Shown: in pieces, positions 26,738 through 36,805 of the stretch
Layout: every line of letters begins with the position of its first letter
Numbering within the stretch: position 1 is the first letter of the stretch
Assembly: GCA_949286245.1 (NCBI GenBank)
Contig: CASECF010000015.1
Coordinates: 2,804 to 66,803 of the forward strand
Origin: an uncultured Alphaproteobacteria bacterium
Lineage (GTDB): Bacteria > Pseudomonadota > Alphaproteobacteria > CAAHEQ01 > UBA3637
DNA: 64,000 nt
Reading direction: 5' to 3'
The notes under the pieces: generated by a model
The model's database searches: none
What the model saw: only the letters and a program-made list of their open reading frames with translations
Told to the model about the DNA's origin: nothing
Program-made: the position numbers and the translations under genes

Positions 26738-29700
26738 TTAATAAGAATCTGTTCGCCGCTCGATAATCCCTCCGAAACCGGATCTTTGAGGGGTTGGTTG
26801 GATTTGTTGTTGCAAGGCCTGTGCATCAAACCGATTCACGTACAAATAGGCTTTTTCAATTTTGCGGTACGCCTCGGCGGCCGCCGCGACTATCTTCTCT
26901 CCCTGCTCTTGTGTCACATTTTGTTTCATCAATTGGTTTGCCTTTTGAATCGTTTCAATGTTTTTTTGAACGGCCGGAATTAACTTACCGATGATTTCAA
27001 TTTCGGGAGCGACTTGATACATTTGTTGCATACGGCTCAGCATTTCCTGACTTTGTTTTTCATAAACCAACAACGTTTTGCGATCTTCAAAGAAAATATC
27101 TTTTTCGATTTCTTTCAAAGCCTCGTTTGCTTTTAAAACAGCCAATCTGGACTGTTCCATAATTTGAATGTATTGCGCATCCGTCAGATTTTCTTTGATG
27201 GCCATTTCATTCATAATCGTCACGGCATCTTTGGCATTTTGCAATAAATAAGAAGCCTTGTCATTTGAAACTTCCATCAATCTGTTTTCAACCGAACGAA
27301 CCGCCTCATTGGCTGATTGAACGGCTTCCTTTATCTGATTTTCACGCGTTTGTTGAGCCGCTTGAAGTGCTTGTGCCGTCATCTGCTCTTGTTGTCTTAC
27401 CTGTCTGGCCGTTCCCTGATCCACAATCTGGGCAATCGCCATCGATAAGTCCGTAAAGTTCGTCTCATACGTTTTTTTCGAAGGCGTTCCCTTAATCAAT
27501 AAAGCAAACGGCGGTAAATGACTCAGCCCCTCCAAAGAAATCGGCATGGCGACATCCAAGGCCTGAGATGGAATTTTCCAAGACAGTTGCATCGGATTGG
27601 AATAAATGCCTTTTGCTTTTAAAGACATATCCAAAAAGCGAACAATCCCTTCAGAAATTGAAAATTTACCCATTATCGTATCAATAGCCGTCTTTCCTGA
27701 ATTCAACAAACGCTTCATTTGATTTTCAAACGATGCTTGCGTATCCATATTCTGAATAACAGATTGGATCATCAGTGGAACAGCAGACAAATCCACGCCG
27801 ATCCATTGGGCATTATTAACAACAAGCTCTCCGCTTCCGTCTAACGAATTTAAAATTTCGGCCGGTGTTTTGCCATGTCCGGAAGCATTTAACTTCAAAG
27901 AAGCAAAGCCATTCCCAAAAGCCATCCTGTTCAACAGTAAAAAGTCGCTCCGAAGCGGAATATTTGCAATATCCGCCGCCATTTTTAAAATTGGTTCTTG
28001 AACAAAAGACAAGGAGCCTGAAACCTTAAACGGTGATGTTGTTTCCCCCCTTTGTTCTCCGGACAAATCAACCAATGTCAAAATTTTATCCCGAACGGTT
28101 AAATAACACGCAGCATTCCTCAGATCTATCGTTTGATATAAAAATTGATCTGCATTCAATTTCATATCAATATCCCACGTTGCAAGTGCACTTAAATCCA
28201 ATGGTTTTTGAGCGTCCAACGGAGACCCCGTAAATCCAAAGAGACCATCCGGTAAAAATTTACCCGCATCAAACGAAGGCGTTGTCAAATGAGCAACCAA
28301 TTTTTGCCCACCCTTATCCGTAAAAGCAATATCCCCGTTTAACCGCTGGATTCCGACAGAAGTCGAAACATCGCTTAACGTAAAATCCTGAGCTGCTCCG
28401 TTTAACGTCCCTTTCATTTTGAAAGATCCGTCCAGAGCCGGCAAAATCTTTTTTTGAGGATAAATCAACTTGAGCGCTGTTTGGAAATTCGGATGAGCCA
28501 CATCCAAAACCAAATTTTGATACAGTGTTTGATTTTCTCCTTCCACAATCGTTCCGTTTAAACGAGCATTAAAATCGGAAACTGTTGTCTGAGTTGCAAT
28601 ATCCCACTTGTTATCAACCATATTAAAACGTGTTGTTAAATACACTTCTTCTGCTTTATTCAACCAGTTCCACACACTTGTCAATCCGGCACGTTGCATA
28701 AACAAGGATGTTTGCTTTGCTGCAAAATCTAAAGCAAAATCAGAAATTTTTAAATGAGATCCTATACCACTGATAGATCCGGCCGCACTCAATGAAGCTG
28801 TTGCCATATTCTGTAATTGCAACTTGTCAAAAGTTAAAATTCCTTTATTCAAAGTAGCCAACACTCCCGCTTTCCCGATCGGAAGATTCAAAAGAGTTGC
28901 TTCCGTTATTTCCAGTCGAATTTGGGAATCAAAATCATTTAAACGAGTTTCCTTCTCCAATTTTTGTTTCAACAAATTCGGAAGCTCTCTGATATCAATC
29001 GATTGAGAGGGGGCTTTATACCCCAAATATGAGTCGAAATTTACGTTTTTAGCCTTCAAATCAGCCACAAATGATGGCCTTTGTTTTAAAGAGGCAGAAA
29101 TCGATCCGGATACGGACGAGGCATCAATTACTCCTTGATCTAACACCAGTTGGAAAATAGATTCCGGCGTATAAATGACCGAGCCTTTAACTGTTGCTTT
29201 TTTCAAAAATTGATCCGAAATATGAGAAACGTCCAAACCAGACCACGTTAAAAGAGATCTTAAATCCTTTGTGTCCAAGTGAACAGCTAATTTTAAATTT
29301 TTCTGTTTTTCAACAAATCCCGTTTGACCTGAAAAAGAAAAAGACGTTTTTCCGGGTAAAACCGCTTTTCCGTTTTGAACACTGAAACGATTGTCCGATA
29401 AAACAATATTTGCAGACACGTCTTTAATTGTACCGGAACCGATTTTAAGATTTTGAATGGCTGTTTTTAAAGTAAGTTCTTTATTTTTAAAATCTTCGGA
29501 AGGTGTCAACACAAGATCTTTAAACCGATCAAAGAACGGAACCCACAACGCATAATCAATTTGATTAAGAGCTATACCACCATTAAAAACTTCTTTCGTT
29601 CCCCGCAAAGTTCGAGATAAACTCCCCGTCAAAGCAACCGCATCATCACTTTCACCCAACCGAATGGTAATGCTTTTTAGAGCATCTGATAAAGGTGTTA

Positions 29701-30571
29701 ATTCAAGGCCCAAATTCCCCACCGACGGTTTGTTTAAGCTCTCATGAATGGTCGGCAACTGAAGAGCTCCTAACAATGTATTGGGTGCGTTTAATGAAAA
29801 CGATCCATCTGCCGTCATAAAACGAGTCCGATCATCCGGCGTAAAAGCTCCCGTCAAATCCATATTTAAGCCACTTTGTTTTTCTTTTAGGTTCAAAGAA
29901 AAATCTATCGGTGTATCATTTTGGAGACGCTTCATATCAAAAGCAACAAAAACGGTCTGTTTCAATAAATTCCCCTGTCCGTTAAAACGATAAGGGCCTT
30001 TTAAAGAGTCCAAAGACAAATCTCCGTTTATTTTTTCAATCATTACCGAAATGCCGGTTATTTCATTCACATATTCTACCGAACCGTTTTCTATCGTGAG
30101 TTGATCGATTTTGGTCTGATTCATTTGAGTTGTCGTATTCATCAACATATTTTTATCAATCAGATCATCTTGAGCTGAAAAAAACGGAAAATTCCAGTTG
30201 GAGCGATTATCTGCCAATCGTTCCAAGACAAAATGAGGTTGCTCAACATGAATAGATTTAACGACAAGGGGGGTTTTGAATAAAGATTCCCACTCAATTT
30301 GAACCGAAACGGTTTTTGCCGTCATCATCATCTGGCGAGGACTACCTGTCTGATTGGTTAAGCTAACATCCGATAATACAAGCGTCGGCAACGGGAACCA
30401 TTTAAAGGATGTATTTCCCCTAATCGAAAAAGTTCGACCAGTTAATTCGGATACCGTTTGAACCACTTGTTGTTGATAATTTTCGGCATTAAAAGAGCGA
30501 ATAAAGAAAAACGTGAGACCACCCAAAAGACATAAAACCAAAATAAAAAAAGTAGTTAAAAATTTTTTCAT
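26738..30571 (-). CDS. AsmA-family outer-membrane-biogenesis protein (very large, 1277 aa) with a coiled-coil, Q-rich C-terminal region
   Basis: N-terminal TM plus the AsmA-like start 'MKKFLTTFFILVLCLLGGLTFFFIRSFNAENYQQQVVQTVSELTGRTFSIRGNTSFKWFPLPTLVLSDVSL'. Long beta-rich repetitive body. The C-terminal about 250 aa are coiled-coil-like ('QQEQMTAQALQAAQQTRENQIKEAVQSANE...'). Confidence 0.75.
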   Translation of the reverse strand: MKKFLTTFFILVLCLLGGLTFFFIRSFNAENYQQQVVQTVSELTGRTFSIRGNTSFKWFPLPTLVLSDVSLTNQTGSPRQMMMTAKTVSVQIEWESLFKTPLVVKSIHVEQPHFVLERLADNRSNWNFPFFSAQDDLIDKNMLMNTTTQMNQTKIDQLTIENGSVEYVNEITGISVMIEKINGDLSLDSLKGPYRFNGQGNLLKQTVFVAFDMKRLQNDTPIDFSLNLKEKQSGLNMDLTGAFTPDDRTRFMTADGSFSLNAPNTLLGALQLPTIHESLNKPSVGNLGLELTPLSDALKSITIRLGESDDAVALTGSLSRTLRGTKEVFNGGIALNQIDYALWVPFFDRFKDLVLTPSEDFKNKELTLKTAIQNLKIGSGTIKDVSANIVLSDNRFSVQNGKAVLPGKTSFSFSGQTGFVEKQKNLKLAVHLDTKDLRSLLTWSGLDVSHISDQFLKKATVKGSVIYTPESIFQLVLDQGVIDASSVSGSISASLKQRPSFVADLKAKNVNFDSYLGYKAPSQSIDIRELPNLLKQKLEKETRLNDFDSQIRLEITEATLLNLPIGKAGVLATLNKGILTFDKLQLQNMATASLSAAGSISGIGSHLKISDFALDFAAKQTSLFMQRAGLTSVWNWLNKAEEVYLTTRFNMVDNKWDIATQTTVSDFNARLNGTIVEGENQTLYQNLVLDVAHPNFQTALKLIYPQKKILPALDGSFKMKGTLNGAAQDFTLSDVSTSVGIQRLNGDIAFTDKGGQKLVAHLTTPSFDAGKFLPDGLFGFTGSPLDAQKPLDLSALATWDIDMKLNADQFLYQTIDLRNAACYLTVRDKILTLVDLSGEQRGETTSPFKVSGSLSFVQEPILKMAADIANIPLRSDFLLLNRMAFGNGFASLKLNASGHGKTPAEILNSLDGSGELVVNNAQWIGVDLSAVPLMIQSVIQNMDTQASFENQMKRLLNSGKTAIDTIMGKFSISEGIVRFLDMSLKAKGIYSNPMQLSWKIPSQALDVAMPISLEGLSHLPPFALLIKGTPSKKTYETNFTDLSMAIAQIVDQGTARQVRQQEQMTAQALQAAQQTRENQIKEAVQSANEAVRSVENRLMEVSNDKASYLLQNAKDAVTIMNEMAIKENLTDAQYIQIMEQSRLAVLKANEALKEIEKDIFFEDRKTLLVYEKQSQEMLSRMQQMYQVAPEIEIIGKLIPAVQKNIETIQKANQLMKQNVTQEQGEKIVAAAAEAYRKIEKAYLYVNRFDAQALQQQIQPTPQRSGFGGIIERRTDSY

Positions 30572-30691
30572 ACGGATCCTCTTTCAAACTATTTTTTTAT
30601 TTATAGCACACCCCCCTTTTTTTGAAAAGAGTTTTTTTATCTTTTTTCTGTTTTCTCGACAAAAAAATCTCACCTAAAAGCAAAAAAACAT

Positions 30692-32152
30692 TTAGGCGTT
30701 TTTCTTCCATAAAAACGGGAAACAAACAACAATAATGGCAATAAATTCCAAACGGCCCAATAACATCGCCACGGACAAAATCCATTTGGCACCCTCAGGA
30801 AGTGCTGCAAAGCTTTGATCCGGACCGATTATATCACCTAGTGCCGGCCCGACATTTGAGATGGCAGTAATGGCTCCCGACAAAGACGTCACAAGATCCA
30901 AGTCATAAAGAGATAATCCCAGTGTCGTTAGAACAAGAGTGATAAAAAATAAACCTAAATAGACTAAAACACTTACAACGATCTCATCCGTCACCGGTTT
31001 GTCTCCGTATCTCGGTACAAAAACGCCATGCGGCTGGACATGACTTTTTAATTTTGCCGTAATCGTCTTCCCCAAAATGGAAAAACGAAACATTTTTATT
31101 CCTCCCGACGTAGATCCCGTACAAGCCCCCAACGACATAAGGAACAAAAAGAAAACAACAGAAAAGGTTCCCCACTCTTCAAAATTTTCGGTCACAAATC
31201 CGGTTGAAGTAACAACAGACACAACACTAAAAGCCGTAGAGCGAATAACATCATGAATAGATCCCTGAAAAGAAGTTTCATAGAGCCGAACACTTGACAT
31301 AATAAAAACAGCAATAAATAAAACAGTCAAATACAATTTAATCTGCTCATTATTTTTAACAAGTCTCCACTGCCTTTTAAATAAGTAAAGTCCTAAAATC
31401 AACGGGAGACCGCCAATAACCATAAATAGAGTTAAAATCCATTCAATCAAAGGATTCTTAAAGTATGCGATTGAAGCATCATGTGTTGAAAATCCAGCCG
31501 TTGATAACGTGCTCATGGCATGATTGACGGAATCAAAAATACCCATTCCGGCACACCACAAACAAAAAGCACACAAAACGGTCATTCCGACAAAATAAAT
31601 AATAATTGGCCACATACTTTTGGCCACGGTTGTTGTATCTCGTTCTGATTTTGCCGATGATTCCGTCGCAAAAAACTGCATTCCGCCGATATGAAGTGTC
31701 GGTAAAATCAAAATAGCTACCATAATAATACCAATTCCACCCATATATTGAGTTAAAGATCTCCAAAACAATAGCCCCGGAGACATATGATCCAAATTCG
31801 TTAAAACGGTTGCACCTGTCGTGGTTAAACCCGAAACCGACTCAAAAAAGGAATCTCCGAACGAGAGCTGGTAGCCTGAAAAATAAATAGGTAATGCACA
31901 AAAAAAGGAATATACAAACCAAACGATTGTTGTCGTCAAAAACATCTCTTTGGTTCGAAGAGGTGTTTTAACCTGATCCGTAATCAGCAAAATAATCGAC
32001 CCAATACAAACAGTAACCGCCGATATAATGGAAAATCGAGAAGCCGAATCATATTGTTTATAAAAAAAATCAACGCCGGCTGGCAATATCATACTCAAAC
32101 CGCAAACAACCGTAATAAAACCAACTATCGAAAAAATCAGTCGAAACCGCAT
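30692..32152 (-). CDS. trkH: TrkH/KtrB-family potassium uptake protein
   Basis: Multi-TM protein with 'TAGFSTHDAS' and 'GGSTSGG(I)K'-type motifs typical of TrkH. The start was moved to MRFRLIF (ATG complement at 32150-32152, AGGGA RBS); the ORF track opens at 32281. Confidence 0.8.
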   Translation of the reverse strand: MRFRLIFSIVGFITVVCGLSMILPAGVDFFYKQYDSASRFSIISAVTVCIGSIILLITDQVKTPLRTKEMFLTTTIVWFVYSFFCALPIYFSGYQLSFGDSFFESVSGLTTTGATVLTNLDHMSPGLLFWRSLTQYMGGIGIIMVAILILPTLHIGGMQFFATESSAKSERDTTTVAKSMWPIIIYFVGMTVLCAFCLWCAGMGIFDSVNHAMSTLSTAGFSTHDASIAYFKNPLIEWILTLFMVIGGLPLILGLYLFKRQWRLVKNNEQIKLYLTVLFIAVFIMSSVRLYETSFQGSIHDVIRSTAFSVVSVVTSTGFVTENFEEWGTFSVVFFLFLMSLGACTGSTSGGIKMFRFSILGKTITAKLKSHVQPHGVFVPRYGDKPVTDEIVVSVLVYLGLFFITLVLTTLGLSLYDLDLVTSLSGAITAISNVGPALGDIIGPDQSFAALPEGAKWILSVAMLLGRLEFIAIIVVCFPFLWKKNA

Positions 32153-32262
32153 TATTCCCTCATCTTTTTGGCCTATCTTATTTTTAATTCTTTTAAAATG
32201 CAATAAAAAAGTGTATATATTAAAGTAAAGGAAGAATAATAAATGGGAAAGCAAAACAAACC

Positions 32263-32928
32263 ATGAAATATTTTGACGCACATATGCATGTTGTTGATAC
32301 TAAATTGATTTATGACGCACAACGAAAAGATGTCAGTACATTCATCTGTAATGCGACTTCTCAAAAAGACTGGAATGCCGTTTTGGCGCTGTCTGATCAA
32401 ATTCCGGGTGTTTATGCCTGTTTGGGAATTCATCCTTGGTATGTCAACACTGTCTCAGATGATTGGCGATCCCGCTTGGAAGCCTATTTAAGACATCGTC
32501 CTAATCTAATGATCGGAGAAATCGGATTGGATTTATTGAGACCGGACTTTGATCGTCAAAAAGAAGTGTTTCGTTCTTCTTTAGAGCTTGCGGCACAATA
32601 CAATCGAACGGTTCATATTCACTGTGTGAAAGCATGGGATAGTCTTTTTGAAATTTTATCTGAATTTAAAAATATCAACTGTCTGTTCCATCGTTTTTCG
32701 GGTGATGCCGTTGTCGCTCAGAAATTAAGATTTACCAACTCTTTTTTTTCGGTTATGAATAAAAACGTGTTGGATATTTTACCGGATAATCGTATCTTAG
32801 TTGAATCGGATTCACCGGACGGCATTCGGTCCCCCGCTTTTATTCCGGAACTGGTCGAAAAACTCCGATTGGATCCATCTTATTTAGCTGAGAATTTTGA
32901 AGAATTTATTACACGAATCGGATCATAA
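32263..32928 (+). CDS. tatD: TatD-family metal-dependent hydrolase (DNase)
   Basis: 'YFDAHMH', 'IGEIGLD', 'VHIHC' and 'VESDSP' metal-ligand motifs of the TatD family. 221 aa. Confidence 0.85.
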   Translation: MKYFDAHMHVVDTKLIYDAQRKDVSTFICNATSQKDWNAVLALSDQIPGVYACLGIHPWYVNTVSDDWRSRLEAYLRHRPNLMIGEIGLDLLRPDFDRQKEVFRSSLELAAQYNRTVHIHCVKAWDSLFEILSEFKNINCLFHRFSGDAVVAQKLRFTNSFFSVMNKNVLDILPDNRILVESDSPDGIRSPAFIPELVEKLRLDPSYLAENFEEFITRIGS

Positions 32929-32941
32929 AAGGATATGCTTT

Positions 32942-33721
32942 ATGTCGGAAACATTTTTATCACGAACACAATTACTGTTAGGAGAAAGTGCTATTCAAAA
33001 ATTCCAACAATCGTGTGTCATGGTTGTCGGGTGCGGAGCTGTTGGCGGTTTTGCGGTTGAAGCACTTGTCAGAGCCGGAATCGGATCTCTTATTTTGGTG
33101 GATTTTGATGTTGTGAAACCCAGCAACGCCAATCGTCAACTGGCAGCGACACAGGAAACTTTAGGGCTCAAGAAGACACATGTTTTAGCGCGACACGCCA
33201 AGCAAATCAATCCCGATATTCAAATTAAAATTTTAGATATGCTCGTTAATGATGAAACAATTGATATTTTGTTGGCTCATTCGACCGATTACATTATTGA
33301 CGCTATTGATTCACTCAATTCCAAAACGCTTTTGATCGAAAAATTAGTAAAACGGAATCGCTCCTTTATTTCATCGATGGGAGCAGCTTTGCGAACCGAT
33401 CCAAGCAAAATTCAAATTGCCCCCCTCAAAAAAACCATTGAATGCCCGTTGGCTGCTTTTTTACGAAAGAGATTGAGAAGACGTGGTGTTCCTTTGAATT
33501 TTCCGGTCGTTTATTCATCGGAACATTTAACTTCAACTATTGGTCTGGGTGAAATGGAAGAAAATGATCTGCCGGGTGGAAGAAATCGTCATACATTAGG
33601 CTCTCTCTCCACCATTCCAGGGATTTTCGGTCTTTTATGTGCTCATTATGTTTTAATGGCACTCAAAGATCAGCCATTACCAAACCAACCAACAAACACA
33701 ATTATTTCTGCCGAAGGATAA
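32942..33721 (+). CDS. tcdA: tRNA threonylcarbamoyladenosine dehydratase (TcdA/CsdL; ThiF/MoeB E1-like)
   Basis: Rossmann motif 'VVGCGAVGGFAVEALVRAGIGSLILVDFDVVKPSNANRQ', about 260 aa. The start was set at MSETF (ATG at 32942) just after the tatD stop. Confidence 0.8.
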   Translation: MSETFLSRTQLLLGESAIQKFQQSCVMVVGCGAVGGFAVEALVRAGIGSLILVDFDVVKPSNANRQLAATQETLGLKKTHVLARHAKQINPDIQIKILDMLVNDETIDILLAHSTDYIIDAIDSLNSKTLLIEKLVKRNRSFISSMGAALRTDPSKIQIAPLKKTIECPLAAFLRKRLRRRGVPLNFPVVYSSEHLTSTIGLGEMEENDLPGGRNRHTLGSLSTIPGIFGLLCAHYVLMALKDQPLPNQPTNTIISAEG

Positions 33722-33724
33722 ATA

Positions 33725-36112
33725 ATGGATATTTTTGATTTAGAAGATCTCCCCAACATCAATCGGGAAACGGCTGAGACAGAGCCTTCTTTTTTAGCTG
33801 ATTTAAATCCGGAGCAACGACAAGCCGTTCTGACAACGGAGGGCCCTTTATTGGTTTTATCCGGTGCCGGAACCGGAAAAACAAAAGTTTTAACAACACG
33901 GATTGCTTTTCTCATTCATCAAAAATTGGCAAGGCCATGGCAAATTTTGGCTGTCACTTTTACCAACAAAGCTTCTCGAGAAATGAAGGAGCGTTTGGAA
34001 ACAATGATCGGAGCGGATGCTCGATCGGTTTGGCTAGGAACTTTTCATTCGATCGGAGTCAAAATTATCAATAAATATGCTCCGTTGTTAGGTTTGGAAT
34101 CTAATTTTATTGTTCTGGGAACGGATGATCAAGAGCGTCTTTTAAAACAAATTTTATCAGATGCCGGCGTTGATACAAAAAAATATCCCCCCGCCACTTT
34201 ATTGGATATCATTCAACGCTGGAAGGATAAAGGCCTTCCCCCCGAATCCGTCACATCGGCATACAACACAACCTTTTGTGATGGACGGGCATTAGAATTT
34301 TATCAAACGTATCAACGCCGTTTAAAAACATTAAATGCGGTTGATTTCGGTGATTTATTACTGCTGCCACTTCTCCTTTTTCAAAGCCATCCCGACATTT
34401 TAGAAACATATCAAAATCAATTTAAATATATCTTAGTGGACGAATATCAAGACACAAATATCGCACAGTATCTTTTACTCAGATTGCTCGCTCAAAAAAA
34501 CAGGAATATTTGTTGTGTCGGAGATGATGATCAATCCATCTATTCGTGGCGTGGGGCGGAAGTGGAAAATATTTTAAGTTTTCAAACAATTTTTAAAGAC
34601 GCTCTTCTTATTCGATTGGAACGAAATTATCGATCCACATCCCATATTTTGGGAGCGGCTTCCGGCCTCATCAGTCACAATGCGGGGCGATTGGGAAAAA
34701 CGTTAAGAGTTGCCGACGCCCAAATAGATTCGGGAGAAAAGGTTATTGTTCATGGCTTTTGGAACGGAGAACAAGAGGTCGAAACAATCGTGGAAGAAAT
34801 CGAAAATGCTCACCGATTGGGAACTCCCTTGTCGCATATGGCCATTTTAGTCAGAGCCGGTTTTCAAACACGGGCTTTTGAAGAAGTCTTAATGCGCTAC
34901 GGCGTTCCTTATAAAATTATCGGCGGATTTAAATTCTACGAACGGGAAGAAATTAAAGATGCCATTGCTTATCTGCGACTGATTTCCAATACAAATGATG
35001 ATTTAGCCTTTATGAGAATCATCAACAAACCCAGACGAGGTGTCGGTGATCAAGCCATGCAATCATTGACGAACACGGCAAAAGAAAAGCATATCAGCCT
35101 TTATAACGCTATTGCTTGGTCCGCTTTAAGACCCACTCTTCGAAAAACCTTAGATGCCTTTATTGAACAAGTTAAAAACTGGCAACAACAAGCTCAGACA
35201 TTAGAGCCGAAAATCCTTTTACAACAAATTTTAGAAGAATCCGGATATCTAACACTTTGGCGTCAAGAAAAATCAGTTGATTCTGAAACACGTTTAGAAA
35301 ACTTAACAGAACTTTATAATGTATTGGGTGAATTTCAAAACATTCGTGACTTTATAGAATATGCTTCTTTAGTGACGGACACGGATGAAAAAACGGATGG
35401 GGATCAACTCGTTGTCATGACGCTTCATGCCTCAAAGGGACTTGAGTTTGATCATGTTTATCTTCCCGGTTGGGAGGAAGGACTTTTCCCGCATCAAAAA
35501 GCAATTGATGAAGCCGGCGATTTTGGATTGGAGGAAGAACGACGTCTAGCCTATGTCGGATTAACAAGAGCCAGAAAACGAGCCTTTATTTCATTTGCCC
35601 AAAACAGACGTGTATACGGGCAATGGCAGTCTGCCGTTGCCAGCCGTTTTATTGATGAATTACCGCCCGAGCATATCCACGATGAAACGCGCTCAGAAAT
35701 GGGGAGATATCATATGAAACTATCGGAAATAGAAATCCCTCGCTCGCACTCTGAAACACCATTATGGGGCAAAAGCTCTTTTCAAATATCCGGCGATCGT
35801 CCCAAAAAAGATCTTCCCATCTTTGGATCTCGACATCGTCTCAAACAAAACAATTTATTTTGGAGCAAAAATTCTTCATTTAATGATGATGACACCGCAG
35901 AGATCGATCCGATTTGGGACAACGATTTTAATCAAAATTCTGTTTTAACCACCTCACGCTCCCCAAAATCTCGTCGCATTGGGAAAAGAGTCTATCACGA
36001 AAATTTCGGATACGGAACGGTGGTTAAAGAAGAAGGAAACCGTCTTGATGTTCGATTTGACAGTGTCGGAATCAAAAAAGTACTAGCTCGTTATTTAGAA
36101 GAAGTCACTTAA
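33725..36112 (+). CDS. uvrD: UvrD/PcrA/Rep-family ATP-dependent DNA helicase with a C-terminal Tudor-like extension
   Basis: Motif I 'GAGTGKTKVL', 'TFTNKASREM', 'DEYQDTN'. 795 aa. The C-terminal 'GKRVYHENFGYGTVVKEEGNRLDVRFDSVGIKKVLARYLE' resembles the UvrD/PcrA C-terminal domain. Confidence 0.85.
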   Translation: MDIFDLEDLPNINRETAETEPSFLADLNPEQRQAVLTTEGPLLVLSGAGTGKTKVLTTRIAFLIHQKLARPWQILAVTFTNKASREMKERLETMIGADARSVWLGTFHSIGVKIINKYAPLLGLESNFIVLGTDDQERLLKQILSDAGVDTKKYPPATLLDIIQRWKDKGLPPESVTSAYNTTFCDGRALEFYQTYQRRLKTLNAVDFGDLLLLPLLLFQSHPDILETYQNQFKYILVDEYQDTNIAQYLLLRLLAQKNRNICCVGDDDQSIYSWRGAEVENILSFQTIFKDALLIRLERNYRSTSHILGAASGLISHNAGRLGKTLRVADAQIDSGEKVIVHGFWNGEQEVETIVEEIENAHRLGTPLSHMAILVRAGFQTRAFEEVLMRYGVPYKIIGGFKFYEREEIKDAIAYLRLISNTNDDLAFMRIINKPRRGVGDQAMQSLTNTAKEKHISLYNAIAWSALRPTLRKTLDAFIEQVKNWQQQAQTLEPKILLQQILEESGYLTLWRQEKSVDSETRLENLTELYNVLGEFQNIRDFIEYASLVTDTDEKTDGDQLVVMTLHASKGLEFDHVYLPGWEEGLFPHQKAIDEAGDFGLEEERRLAYVGLTRARKRAFISFAQNRRVYGQWQSAVASRFIDELPPEHIHDETRSEMGRYHMKLSEIEIPRSHSETPLWGKSSFQISGDRPKKDLPIFGSRHRLKQNNLFWSKNSSFNDDDTAEIDPIWDNDFNQNSVLTTSRSPKSRRIGKRVYHENFGYGTVVKEEGNRLDVRFDSVGIKKVLARYLEEVT

Positions 36113-36114
36113 AT

Positions 36115-36633
36115 TTATATTTCACAAAAATTCAAATTACAAGAATCCGGTGTTTTATAAAATTCAAATGTCATTTCGTTTTTTTCTTCGGAACAAGCCT
36201 CTGCAACGGATATAGCATCCGCCCCCGGAATTCCGTCAAAAATGACCTGCTTTCCATTCACGCGAATATAACGAGGCGTTGTCCAATCCGAGTTCAAAAC
36301 CTGCTCACAAACACCTTTTGTCACATCACTCACCGTAAATCCGAAAAAATCGACCCCTACAACCTGATAAGTCGTTAATCCATTTCCATTTCGAATATGA
36401 TCGGGAATACTACTGACATCCAAATCACCCCCTCGAATCATTTGAGAGCTTAAATCCACCACATAGTAATTCAATTCTGCAATTAAATCATTCGCTTTTA
36501 ATTTATTCATTCCCCATTGATATCCGGCAATTCCAACCAAAGACAATACTCCCATGATAACCAAAACACCTAACATTTCCGTCATGGTCCGACCTTGTTC
36601 TTCTGCAAGAGGGTGAGTTTGAAAGTGTTTCAT
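36115..36633 (-). CDS. Type IV pilin-like / pseudopilin-like protein (prepilin-type N-terminal domain). Orphan.
   Basis: Leader 'MKHFQTHPLAEEQG' followed by 'RTMTEMLGVLVIMGVLSLVGIAGYQW'. That gives a Gly at -1 and a Glu at +5 relative to the putative cleavage site, then a hydrophobic helix. Two Cys pairs near the C-terminus, like a pilin D-region. No pil, gsp or tad genes nearby. Confidence 0.5.
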   Translation of the reverse strand: MKHFQTHPLAEEQGRTMTEMLGVLVIMGVLSLVGIAGYQWGMNKLKANDLIAELNYYVVDLSSQMIRGGDLDVSSIPDHIRNGNGLTTYQVVGVDFFGFTVSDVTKGVCEQVLNSDWTTPRYIRVNGKQVIFDGIPGADAISVAEACSEEKNEMTFEFYKTPDSCNLNFCEI

Positions 36634-36805
36634 ATTTATTCTCCTTAATACATATGTAAAGTTTACAAAAATATTCTAAAAAATACAATAAAAAATTATA
36701 AAGGGAACATTTCTTGGATACCCTCATGATCACCTCAAAATAAAACCTTGCGTCTTTGGGAAAAATCCGATACACTTTAGACCGATTTATTAAATAAGGG
36801 TTCAA

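Noticed and set aside
30597-30785. 62-aa ORF between the asmA-family gene and trkH
   Set aside because: It overlaps the trkH 3' end, and the lysine-rich, low-complexity product has no translation signals.
32153-32281. N-terminal 43-codon extension of TrkH
   Set aside because: The extension lacks an RBS and runs into the tatD promoter region. MRFRLIF with an AGGGA RBS matches canonical TrkH starts.
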